From an uncultured Halobacteriales archaeon (GTDB lineage: Archaea > Halobacteriota > Halobacteria > Halobacteriales > Hikarchaeaceae), in assembly GCA_964404815.1 (NCBI GenBank), contig CAYOLR010000002.1, forward strand, positions 1 to 39,229: DNA of 39,229 nucleotides, given 5' to 3'. The notes under the pieces are model-generated. The model worked only from the letters and a program-made list of their open reading frames with translations, was not told where the DNA came from and did not search any database. The position numbers and the translations under genes are program-made. Each line of letters opens with the position of its first letter. Position 1 is the first letter of the stretch. Of this stretch, positions 18,489 through 26,634 are shown in pieces.

Positions 18489-19421
18489 TTACACGACGCG
18501 GTTGACCCAGTCGCCGCCGGTGGCCCGGGCGTCGACGTTGTCCCTGACCAGGTCGGCGACCAGCCGGTAGTAGTCGATGGTGAAGCCGGCCTGATGGGGC
18601 GTCACGATCACCTCGTCCATGTCCCATAACGGCGAGTCCGGCGGGAGGGGTTCCTCCTCGAAGACGTCGAGGGCGGCCCCGGCGATCGTCCCCGTCTCTA
18701 TGGCGTCGATCAGGGCGGACTCGTCGATCACCGGCCCCCTGGCGACGTTCATGATGATGGCGTCGTCACGCATTTGCTCGAATTCTGCCGGCCCGAACAG
18801 GTGGCGGGTCTCCGCATTGAGGGGGACGGCCACCGCGAGGAAGCGGGCGTCCGCGATGGCCTCGTGGAGCGCATCGGGGGTGTAGACCCGATCGACCCCG
18901 TCGACGGGCGAGCCCGAATTCCTGACGCCGGTGATCTCTAGACCGAGGCCGGAAGCACGGTCGACGATACCCTGACCGAGGGTCCCCAACCCGACCACGC
19001 ACAGCGACTCACCGGCAATGGTGTAGGCCGCGTCCCACGCCGGCTGCTGCCATTCGTTGGCCTGTTGGTTGGCGATGGCGCGGTGGAACCGGCGGCCGAA
19101 AAGCAGCATGTAGCAAGCGACCGACTCGCCCACGGCCGGCCCATGAATGCCCGTACTGTTGGTGAGGACCACGCCCGCCGCCTCGAGGTCGTCGAGGGGG
19201 AAACGGTCGACGCCGGCCTGGATCGTGTGGATCCATTCGACGGCATCGAGAAAGGCCTCCCGATAGACGAACGTGACGACGGCGTCGCAGGGCTCCAGGC
19301 TCGCCGGCGAGCCATCGACGATCTCCACCCGGACGTCGAGGTCGGCGAGGTCGTCCCGGATCTGCTCGGGCGGGAAGACGGCGGACACCGACCGGTCGAT
19401 CCCGATCCTGGAAAGCTGCAT
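18489..19421 (-). CDS. D-isomer-specific 2-hydroxyacid dehydrogenase (NAD(P)-binding)
   Basis: 'LCVVGLGTLGQGIVDRA' dinucleotide fold. 'MNVARGPVIDE' and 'AALDVFEEEPLP' plus 'VIVTPHQAG' are the catalytic R/E/H motifs. Confidence 0.85.
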   Translation of the reverse strand: MQLSRIGIDRSVSAVFPPEQIRDDLADLDVRVEIVDGSPASLEPCDAVVTFVYREAFLDAVEWIHTIQAGVDRFPLDDLEAAGVVLTNSTGIHGPAVGESVACYMLLFGRRFHRAIANQQANEWQQPAWDAAYTIAGESLCVVGLGTLGQGIVDRASGLGLEITGVRNSGSPVDGVDRVYTPDALHEAIADARFLAVAVPLNAETRHLFGPAEFEQMRDDAIIMNVARGPVIDESALIDAIETGTIAGAALDVFEEEPLPPDSPLWDMDEVIVTPHQAGFTIDYYRLVADLVRDNVDARATGGDWVNRVV

Positions 19422-19454
19422 GGCACGCTATGGGCCCCGTCGGGGATTCAATCT

Positions 19455-19922
19455 TTAGGAATCGATGAAATCGGCCGCTCGGAGGTACCGCTCGACGAAG
19501 GGGTGAAACTCGACATCGTCGAACGGGGGCCGAAAGACCCGAAGGGCCTCGTGCTGGTCGTCCGGGGCGAAGGTGTCGTCCTCGACCGAAACCACATAGG
19601 CCACGGGAACGTGGTGTTTGCCCTCGATGTCGGGGAATTCCGAACGGTCCCAGTGGTGCTCATCGACCCCGAGTCGGTAGTCGATCTCGACATCGATACC
19701 CAGTTCCTCCCGCGCCACACGGTGGACGGCCGCCTCCAGTCGCTCGCCCTTCCTGACCCGGCCGCCGGGAACGAACCATTCCCCCTTGCCCGGTTCGTTC
19801 TTTCGTCGGCCGAGAACGACGCCGCCATCGTGTTTTACGATGAGGTCGACCGAGACGATCGGGACGTTGTCGACGACGGTCCGCCAGTCCTCTTCGGCTA
19901 CCCAGCCCGCATCACGGGTCAT
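19455..19922 (-). CDS. Nudix hydrolase (GDP-mannose mannosyl hydrolase-like box)
   Basis: Nudix box 'GGRVRKGERLEAAVHRVAREELGI' (GX5EX7R.U.EE.GU, with V replacing the E after R). Confidence 0.8.
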   Translation of the reverse strand: MTRDAGWVAEEDWRTVVDNVPIVSVDLIVKHDGGVVLGRRKNEPGKGEWFVPGGRVRKGERLEAAVHRVAREELGIDVEIDYRLGVDEHHWDRSEFPDIEGKHHVPVAYVVSVEDDTFAPDDQHEALRVFRPPFDDVEFHPFVERYLRAADFIDS

Positions 19923-20056
19923 TCGTCACGGAAGAGTCGAGCGCCCAGGCTCTTAGCGGGTACGGAAACGGGCGGCTCGGATTCAAGTCCCTCGTCACAC
20001 GGGGCTCGGTGGGGGTAACTCCTCGTCACCGCCGCCCCCCGATGCTACGGGGTCGA

Positions 20057-21304
20057 TCACCGTGACTCTTGCTCCTCCCAATCCGCCAGGTCGGCCATTT
20101 CCGCCGCGATGTCCCCCATCTCGTCCGGAGTCATCCGGCCCCGATCCGTCACGATGCCGTCGATCAACTCCGCCGGGGTCAGCTCGAAGGTCGGGTTGGC
20201 GATCCGGAGGTCGGCATCGCCGTCGTAGACCTGGGACGGGTCACCTTTCTCCAGTGTGATCGCTGAGTCGTGAGTGACTTTGTCGACCGAACAGGCCACC
20301 AGAAACGGGATCCCGAGATCGGCCGCTGCGAGGGCTACCAGGCGGGTCCCGGTCTTGTTGACGACGCTCCCGTCCGGACGGACGGTATCCGCACCCACTA
20401 CGGCGGTGTCGACGTCATGTTCGGCCATGACCTGGGCGATGGCCGCATCGGTACAGAGGAGCACATCGAGGCCGACGCCGGCCAGCGTCTCGGCGGTACC
20501 CACACCCTCTCGGGCCGGCCGTGACTCGGCCACAACAACGGTGGGTCGCGCCGCCATGAGCGTCCGCCGGACCGTCCCGGATCGCGAGAGGGTGAGGACC
20601 GTGCTCCCGACGTGGGCGGCGGCCTCGGCTGCAGCGGCCTCGTCGACCTCGAACGCCCGTTCGATCCCCTCGATAGCCGCACGCTCGGCGTCCTGCGGCG
20701 AGTCGGCGGCGGCCATCGCCCGGTTGACGCGGTTTCTGAGGACCGCCATGGCGGGGCGAGCGTCGAGCAACGCTTCCGCGGCCCGCACCACCGTCGCCAT
20801 CTCACCATCAGACGTCACCGCCCGTCCCGCCTCGTCGCGAAGCACCTCCAGCGCGGTGATCGAAATGGCCGCCGACCCGTGTTCCGTATCCTCCCGAACA
20901 GAGGCGACCGTTGGGGCTACGTGAGCATAGGACGTTCCAAGCGCCGGAACCGTCGGGCGTCGAAGGATCGCTGTCGGCGTCGTCCACTCCGCCTCGGCAG
21001 TTTCCTCGTTCAGATCGATAGCCCTGCTGGAGACATCAAAGAGAAATGGATGGACCCACCATTCACGGTCAGCCGCGTCCTCCCGGATCGAAAATGGTTC
21101 GCCAACTCGGACGAGCGACGGGTCCGTGATCCCGGTCTCCTCTTGGATCTCAAGCCGCGCCGTCGCCTCGGGATCGCCCGCCTCAACGTACCCGGATACT
21201 GACCCCCATCGTCCGGCAAAGGATCCAACCTGGTCCGACCGTTTGAGCAGGAGGACCTCCCCGCGGTGTCGGAGAAAACAGGTGACGACCGCAGCACGCC
21301 CCAT
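20057..21304 (-). CDS. Fusion protein: N-terminal Nudix domain plus C-terminal eIF-2B alpha/beta/delta-family (ribose-1,5-bisphosphate isomerase-like) domain
   Basis: Start trimmed to 'MGRAAVVTCFLRHRGEVLLLKR' (ATG 21304; TATA-like 'ATTGAAAT' about 26 nt upstream). Nudix box variant 'GYVEAGDPEATARLEIQEETGI'. IF-2B motifs 'VVVAESRPAREG', 'AVVGADTVRPDGSVVNKTGT', 'PFLVACSVDK'. Confidence 0.8.
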   Translation of the reverse strand: MGRAAVVTCFLRHRGEVLLLKRSDQVGSFAGRWGSVSGYVEAGDPEATARLEIQEETGITDPSLVRVGEPFSIREDAADREWWVHPFLFDVSSRAIDLNEETAEAEWTTPTAILRRPTVPALGTSYAHVAPTVASVREDTEHGSAAISITALEVLRDEAGRAVTSDGEMATVVRAAEALLDARPAMAVLRNRVNRAMAAADSPQDAERAAIEGIERAFEVDEAAAAEAAAHVGSTVLTLSRSGTVRRTLMAARPTVVVAESRPAREGVGTAETLAGVGLDVLLCTDAAIAQVMAEHDVDTAVVGADTVRPDGSVVNKTGTRLVALAAADLGIPFLVACSVDKVTHDSAITLEKGDPSQVYDGDADLRIANPTFELTPAELIDGIVTDRGRMTPDEMGDIAAEMADLADWEEQESR

Positions 21305-21401
21305 GGGCTTGATGTTGCTAGCGCGGGATTTCAATCCACAGGGCAAAAAGAGCCTTTGAGTCTGACGTGGTCCTTTATTCCCGTCTGTCATTCCCCCTTC
21401 C

Positions 21402-21818
21402 ATGAACCGACGAACCTTCCTCGCCACCTGGGGATCATTACTGGCCCTCCCCGGCTGTCTCGCCCCGTTTGGGAACGGGACCGAGGAGACCGGGACGCCA
21501 TGTCCGACTCTCGAGGCCGACACTTCATGTGACCCGATGAAGGAAAGCGTGGTGAAAGCCGATCCCGGCGCCCCGGCCGACAGCTATCGGTCGTCGATCA
21601 TCCTGCCCGTTGAATCGCTTCCCCGCTGTGAACGGGCAATCGCGGAACAGGTCATCGACCGGGGGAGTATCCGGATCTGTGGCACCGGCCCACCCAGCCT
21701 CGGATCGTTAGCCAGACGGGCAAGCGAGCAGGCCGAGGACCACGAGCTCTATCTCGCCTCTGAGGGGACCGGCTACCGGCTCTATATCCAGATCCAGGAC
21801 CAGGTGTTCGTAGGGTAA
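21402..21818 (+). CDS. Hypothetical Tat-exported lipoprotein, Cys-rich
   Basis: 'MNRRTFLATWGSLLALPGC' has a twin-arginine motif plus lipobox. Four further Cys residues. TATA 'CCTTTATTCC' lies 26 nt upstream. Confidence 0.55.
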   Translation: MNRRTFLATWGSLLALPGCLAPFGNGTEETGTPCPTLEADTSCDPMKESVVKADPGAPADSYRSSIILPVESLPRCERAIAEQVIDRGSIRICGTGPPSLGSLARRASEQAEDHELYLASEGTGYRLYIQIQDQVFVG

Positions 21819-21906
21819 GCTTCGTGACCTGTCCGACCCTGCATACGAAATAGAGGGGTCTACCGGGCTTCGCTCGATTTTTCACGGCCGCCACTGACGG
21901 AGAGGC

Positions 21907-22668
21907 ATGGAGGTCCAGGGGATCGAGGGGCTACCCGAGATCCGCCCCGGCGACGATCTGGCCCGGCTCGTCGAATCGTCCACAGCCCTCGAGGACGGCG
22001 ATGTCCTCTGCGTGGCAAGCTCGATCGTCTCGAAGGCCGAGGGACGGGGCTTCGACCTCGCCGATTTCCCGGCCGGTGACCGGGCGAGGGCGATCGCCGA
22101 TCGCCTCGAACGGCTGTCCGGCGAGGAGAAGGACCCACGGTTCGCTCAGGCCGTCCTCGACGAGAGCGAGGAACTGCTGATGGAGGCCCCGTTTCTCCTC
22201 TGTCGGACCCGCTTCGGCCATACCGGGGTCAACGCCGGGATCGACCGTTCGAATACCGGGGAGAGGGATCTCCTGCTCCTCCCGGACCGGCCGAGCGCGT
22301 CGGCCGAACGCATCCGCGGCGGCCTAACCGCCGATGTCGCCGTCATCGTGACGGACACGTCAGGGCGGCCGTTCCGGCACGGCCAACGGGGCGTCGCGAT
22401 CGGGTGGGCGGGATTGCCCGCCAGTCGGGACTGGCGCGGGGAAACCGACCGGGACGGCTATGAGCTCGGCGTCACCGTGGAGAGCGTCGTCGACGAACTC
22501 GCCGCGACGGCCAACCTGATAATGGGAGAGGGGAGTGGGGGTGTCCCCGCCGTCGTGGTCCGCGGCTTCGCCTTCGGCGACCACGAGGGGAGCGACAACC
22601 TGTTCCGCGACAAGGAGACCGACTTCGTCCGACAGGCGCTCCGGGAGTGGTCGTACAAACCCGGCTAG
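21907..22668 (+). CDS. cofE: Coenzyme F420-0:L-glutamate ligase
   Basis: 'PEIRPGDDLA', 'VASSIVSKAEGR', 'GVNAGIDRSN', 'VIVTDTSGRPFRHGQRGVAIG', 'DELAATANLIMGEG'. 253 aa. Confidence 0.9.
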   Translation: MEVQGIEGLPEIRPGDDLARLVESSTALEDGDVLCVASSIVSKAEGRGFDLADFPAGDRARAIADRLERLSGEEKDPRFAQAVLDESEELLMEAPFLLCRTRFGHTGVNAGIDRSNTGERDLLLLPDRPSASAERIRGGLTADVAVIVTDTSGRPFRHGQRGVAIGWAGLPASRDWRGETDRDGYELGVTVESVVDELAATANLIMGEGSGGVPAVVVRGFAFGDHEGSDNLFRDKETDFVRQALREWSYKPG

Positions 22669-22862
22669 GGTGATTCCCGGCGACCGTGGACGTGGGCGAC
22701 GGCGTCCCCGCCGAACAGGTTCGCGACCGCCCCCAACGCCAGGTACCCGAAGAACAGGAAGGTGACGGCCATCAGGATGGCCCCACACGCGAAGATTACC
22801 GTGGAGAGCGGATCGGCTCCGACGATCGTGCTGAACCGGTCGGCGATCTGGAGAGCGAGCAT
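22665..22862 (-). CDS. Hypothetical small two-TM membrane protein
   Basis: 'MLALQIADRFSTIVGADPLSTVIFACGAILMAVTFLFFGYLALGAV'. Start trimmed to ATG 22862 (TATA-like 'AAGTATCC' 25 nt upstream). Its 3' end overlaps the cofE stop by 4 nt (convergent). Confidence 0.45.
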   Translation of the reverse strand: MLALQIADRFSTIVGADPLSTVIFACGAILMAVTFLFFGYLALGAVANLFGGDAVAHVHGRRESP

Positions 22863-22942
22863 GTGCCTCACTCTGTTGGGGGGATACTTGGAACTGCCCA
22901 TCCCCCGGCAGGCTTACGGGACGGGTCGCCGTAGGTCCGCCA

Positions 22943-23209
22943 GTGACCGGGAACCGCTCGCTCGACGAGTTCGCGGGGTCGGACGCGCCGGGGGAGGCCA
23001 CAGATCCGGGATCGGAGGAGAAGGCGACGCCGAAACCCGAACCAGCCGACTCCCCGGCCCGAGATTCGGATAGCGCCGACGTCGAATCGATCGAGTCGAC
23101 GTACGACTGGACGCCGGGCGGCGCCCCGTGTGCCATGTGTGGCGACGCAGTTGAGGAACGGTGGCGGGATTCGACGGGGCTCGTCTGTATCGAATGTAAG
23201 GTCTGGTAA
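22943..23209 (+). CDS. Small acidic protein with C-terminal zinc-ribbon (CxxC...CxxC)
   Basis: GTG start 'MTGNRSLDEF', an acidic low-complexity middle, and C-terminal 'CAMCGDAVEERWRDSTGLVCIECKVW'. Confidence 0.6.
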   Translation: MTGNRSLDEFAGSDAPGEATDPGSEEKATPKPEPADSPARDSDSADVESIESTYDWTPGGAPCAMCGDAVEERWRDSTGLVCIECKVW

Positions 23210-23420
23210 GCCATCTTGTTCGACGTGGACTTGATCGTCCCCAGGTGTACCCAATAGACCCAGGTCCCGGCTATCTTCGAGAGGATAGGGTGACAGGGCC
23301 GGGCTCCGGAAGGTGACAGTTATTAGCGATCACCTGCGGATTGGGAACACGGTGAACGCCGTGAGTAGTAAATACTCGGGCTGGATGAGCGAAGAGTCAG
23401 TCGGTGAGGGGAGCGCCTCG

Positions 23421-24536
23421 ATGGCGGATTGCCTGTTTCGGCAGGCCGACGAGACCCCCGCTCGCCTCAGGTTCCTCGATCCCGACGGATCCTATGATGA
23501 AACCGCCGTCCCCGACCTCAACCTCGACACCCACCACAGGCTCTATCGGTGGATGGTGATGCAACAGGTCGTGGATGAGCGGATGGTCAAGCTCCAACGA
23601 CGAGGCGAGATGGGGACGTACGCGTCCGGGCGTGGTCAGGAGGCATCGATCGTCGGCTTCGCCGCCGCGCTGGCCGACGACGATTGGCTGTACCCCTACG
23701 GCCGGGAGGCTGCCGCGATGCTCATCAAGGGCATGCCGCTCCGCGACCTCCTGTTGTACTGGCGGGGGGTCGAGGACGCCAACCGGTTCCCGGGAGCCAA
23801 CATTCTCCCGATCGCGATCGCCATCGGGACCCACGTCCCGGTAGCCGTCGGGAAGGCATGGGGGCTGAAACTCGACGACGAGGACGCCGTGATGGGCGCG
23901 ATGTTCGGCGAAGGCCATCCCAGCACCGGCGAGGTTCAAGCCGGCCTGAACTTCGCGGGCGTGCTCGACGTCCCGGCGGTCTTCTACTGTCAGAACAACC
24001 TCTATTCGATCTCGTGCCCGTTCGAGGACCAGACCGCGGCGAAGTCGGTGGCACAGAAGGCGCTCGCCTGGGGCCTTGACGGGATCCGCGTGGACGGCAA
24101 CGACGTCCTCGCCGTCTACGAGGCCACCCGCCGCGCCCGCGAGCGGGCGCTCGACGGGACTCCCGTGATCCTGGAAGCCGTCACCTACCGGCTCGAAGCA
24201 CACACCACAAACGATGACCCCTCGCGATACCGACGAGAGCGGGAGGTCGAGTGGTGGGAAAAACGGGACCCCATGGCTCGGTACCGATCCTACCTCGAGG
24301 CCGAAGGGATCTGGGAGGCGATCGACGAAGAGGCCATCCGGGAGGAGTGCAACGAGGCCTTCGACGAGGCCAAGGCGGCCGCCGATGCATTCGATCCCGG
24401 CGGCCTCGACGAGATCTTCAAATGGGTGTACGAGGAGACGCCCCCGGCGGTCCAACGGCAGCTCGAGGAGTTCGAGGCGTTCCTGGAGAAGCGACCGGAC
24501 GCCTACGACCACATCGAGGAGCGCCCGAAGCGATAA
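23421..24536 (+). CDS. 2-oxoacid dehydrogenase E1 component, alpha subunit (TPP-dependent)
   Basis: 'MGTYASGRGQEA', the TPP-binding region 'GEG..STGEVQAGLNFAGVLDVPAVFYCQNN' and 'RVDGNDVLAV'. ATG 23421 was chosen from homologue N-termini recalled from memory. In-frame alternatives are 23385 (ATG) and 23313 (GTG). Confidence 0.85.
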   Translation: MADCLFRQADETPARLRFLDPDGSYDETAVPDLNLDTHHRLYRWMVMQQVVDERMVKLQRRGEMGTYASGRGQEASIVGFAAALADDDWLYPYGREAAAMLIKGMPLRDLLLYWRGVEDANRFPGANILPIAIAIGTHVPVAVGKAWGLKLDDEDAVMGAMFGEGHPSTGEVQAGLNFAGVLDVPAVFYCQNNLYSISCPFEDQTAAKSVAQKALAWGLDGIRVDGNDVLAVYEATRRARERALDGTPVILEAVTYRLEAHTTNDDPSRYRREREVEWWEKRDPMARYRSYLEAEGIWEAIDEEAIREECNEAFDEAKAAADAFDPGGLDEIFKWVYEETPPAVQRQLEEFEAFLEKRPDAYDHIEERPKR

Positions 24537-24537
24537 C

Positions 24538-25515
24538 ATGGCAAACCTGACACTGGTGGAAGCGGTCAACGACGCCCTTCACACAGAGATGAGCAACGAC
24601 GATCGGGTCATGGTCTACGGCGAGGACGTCGCCCAGCAAGGCGGCGTGTTCCGGGCCACCGAGGGGTTGCTCGAGACGTTCGGCGAGGATCGCGTCCTCG
24701 ACACGCCGATCTCGGAGATCGCCATCGTGGGGTCGGCGATCGGGCTCGCCATCCACGGGTACCGGCCGGTGGTGGAGATCCAGTTCTCCGGGTTCGTCCC
24801 GCCGGCGTTCAACCAGCTCGTCCAGAACGCGAGCCGAATCCGGTGGCGCACCCGGGGGGAACACTCGGCACCGATGGTCGTCCGGACGCCGTACGGCGGA
24901 GGGGTCCGGGCGCTCGAACACCACTCCGAGAGCCTCGAAGGGGCGTATGCCCATATCCCCGGCCTCACCGTCGTCATCCCGAGTACGCCCTACGACACCA
25001 AGGGGCTCCTGCTCGCCGCGATCCGTCATCCCGATCCGGTGCTCTTCCTCGAACCGAAGCTCGTCTACCGCACCTTCCGGGAGGAGGTCCCGGCGGATGA
25101 CTACACCCTCCCCATCGGCGAGGCGGCTGTCCGCCGGGAGGGCGAGGATATCACCCTCATCTCGTGGGGGGCGATGATGCACCCCACCCTCGAGGCGGCC
25201 GCCAACCTGGTCGAAGAGGGGCTCGATCCCGAAGTGATCGACCTGCGGACGATCAAGCCCTTCGACCGAAAGACCGTCGTCGAGTCGATCAAGAAGACCG
25301 GCAAGGCCTGCGTGATCCACGAGGCGCCGAAGACCGGCGGCTGGGGCGGCGAGCTGATCGCGACCATCAACGAGGAGGCCCTGTACTACCTCGAAAAGCC
25401 CATCAAACGGGTCGCCGGCTTCGACACGCCCATCCCGATGCTCGCCCGGGAAGACCACTACCTGCCGAATCCGCCGCGTATCGAGGAAGGGGTCAAGGCG
25501 GTCATCGAGGCCTAA
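24538..25515 (+). CDS. 2-oxoacid dehydrogenase E1 component, beta subunit
   Basis: 'MANLTLVEAVNDALHTEM', 'VLDTPISEIAIVGSAIGLA', 'PVVEIQFSGF' and 'YGGGVRALEHHSES'. ATG lies 1 nt after the alpha stop. The track ORF from 24214 is an out-of-gene extension. Confidence 0.9.
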   Translation: MANLTLVEAVNDALHTEMSNDDRVMVYGEDVAQQGGVFRATEGLLETFGEDRVLDTPISEIAIVGSAIGLAIHGYRPVVEIQFSGFVPPAFNQLVQNASRIRWRTRGEHSAPMVVRTPYGGGVRALEHHSESLEGAYAHIPGLTVVIPSTPYDTKGLLLAAIRHPDPVLFLEPKLVYRTFREEVPADDYTLPIGEAAVRREGEDITLISWGAMMHPTLEAAANLVEEGLDPEVIDLRTIKPFDRKTVVESIKKTGKACVIHEAPKTGGWGGELIATINEEALYYLEKPIKRVAGFDTPIPMLAREDHYLPNPPRIEEGVKAVIEA

Positions 25516-25650
25516 CCGGGCGCACGAACGCCCACGTAAACTGCCGGCCCCGACAGACATACGTAGTGGGCATCCCTTTAGGAAGGAGTACGTGGAACCG
25601 ACACATCGCAGGCAGCCGATCACTGTCCGTGGCGGCCACCCCCCTGATCA

Positions 25651-26634
25651 ATGACAGATGGTAATCCGCAACCCAAAGCGACGAGTCGTGGCATCGACCC
25701 GCTCTCGGTGGACGAGGCCACAGACTTCGCCGACGCCGTCGTCGACAATATCGAGCGCGTCATCGTCGGAAAGCATGCCGCCGTCGAGCACCTGTTGACG
25801 ACCATCCTCGCCAGGGGCCACCTCCTCCTCGATGATGTCCCGGGGGTGGGCAAGACCATGTTGGCCAGAGCGGTGGCCCGATCGGTGGACTGCACCTTCA
25901 ACCGTGTGCAGTTCACGCCCGACCTCCTCCCCTCGGACGTCACGGGCGTAAACGTGTTCAACCAGAAGACGAGGGAGTTCGAGTTCCAGCCCGGTCCCGT
26001 GTTCGGCAACATCGTTCTGGGCGACGAGATCAATCGGGCACCCCCCAAGACCCAGTCGGCGCTGTTGGAGGCGATGGAGGAGGAACAAGTCACCGTCGAC
26101 GGCGAGAGCCACCCGGTTCCCCAGCCGTTCACCGTAATCGCGACCCAGAACGCCGTCGACCGGGACCGGACCTACGAGCTGCCCATCGCCCAGATGGACC
26201 GGTTCATGAAGAACCTCAGTCTCGGCCATCCATCGCCGGACGAGGAGTCGGAGATGCTCCGACGGGTCGTCGGCCACCACCCGATCGAGGAGCTCGACGC
26301 CGTCGTGTCGACGACCGACCTCCAGCGGGCCCGCGAAACCGTCGCCGGCGTCTCGGTCGAGGAACCGATCCGAAAGTACGTCACTGCCCTCGCGAACCAC
26401 ACTCGTGAGACGGCCGACCTCGGGGTGAGCCCCCGCGGGAGCATCCTCCTCCTACGGGCGGCTCAGGCCCGCGCCGTCCTCGACGGCCGGGACTACGTCA
26501 TCCCGGACGACGTCAAGGCGGAAGCCCACGCGGTCCTCGCCCATCGCGTCCGGCGTGACCCCAACGACCGGGTCGGTGGCGAGGCGGGGCGGGCGGTGAT
26601 CGACGCCGCGCTCTCGGCCACTCCCGTAGAATGA
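25651..26634 (+). CDS. MoxR-family AAA+ ATPase
   Basis: Walker A 'DVPGVGKT', 'RVQFTPDLLPSDVTG', Walker B 'LGDEINRAPPKTQSALLEAMEE', 'VIATQNAVD'. Confidence 0.9.
   Translation: MTDGNPQPKATSRGIDPLSVDEATDFADAVVDNIERVIVGKHAAVEHLLTTILARGHLLLDDVPGVGKTMLARAVARSVDCTFNRVQFTPDLLPSDVTGVNVFNQKTREFEFQPGPVFGNIVLGDEINRAPPKTQSALLEAMEEEQVTVDGESHPVPQPFTVIATQNAVDRDRTYELPIAQMDRFMKNLSLGHPSPDEESEMLRRVVGHHPIEELDAVVSTTDLQRARETVAGVSVEEPIRKYVTALANHTRETADLGVSPRGSILLLRAAQARAVLDGRDYVIPDDVKAEAHAVLAHRVRRDPNDRVGGEAGRAVIDAALSATPVE

Noticed and set aside
19971-19995. tRNA T-loop-like string 'GGCTCGGATTCAAGTCCCTCG'
   Set aside because: The flanks do not form a T-stem. No acceptor, D or anticodon arms can be drawn on either strand in 19923-20056.
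19065-20018. 317-aa plus-strand ORF
   Set aside because: It is antisense to the D-2-hydroxyacid dehydrogenase and the Nudix gene, both of which have catalytic motifs.
21320-21340. 'GCGGGATTTCAATCCACAG', superficially T-arm-like
   Set aside because: No complementary stem or cloverleaf context can be drawn. The AT-rich core is better explained as the TATA element of the Nudix::e2b2 gene on the minus strand.
22360-23214. 284-aa minus-strand ORF spanning the cofE 3' end, the small membrane ORF and the zinc-ribbon gene
   Set aside because: It overlaps three better-supported genes and is a low-complexity Ser/Pro/Arg-rich translation.
25518-25533. GGGCG-N6-CGCCC hairpin just after the E1 beta stop, as a terminator
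   Set aside because: It is only a 5-bp stem with no following T-tract, and such GC stems are frequent by chance in this composition. It was not listed as a feature.
23397-25623. 390-aa and 401-aa minus-strand ORFs
   Set aside because: They are antisense to the E1 alpha and beta genes and are shadow ORFs with no recognisable domains.
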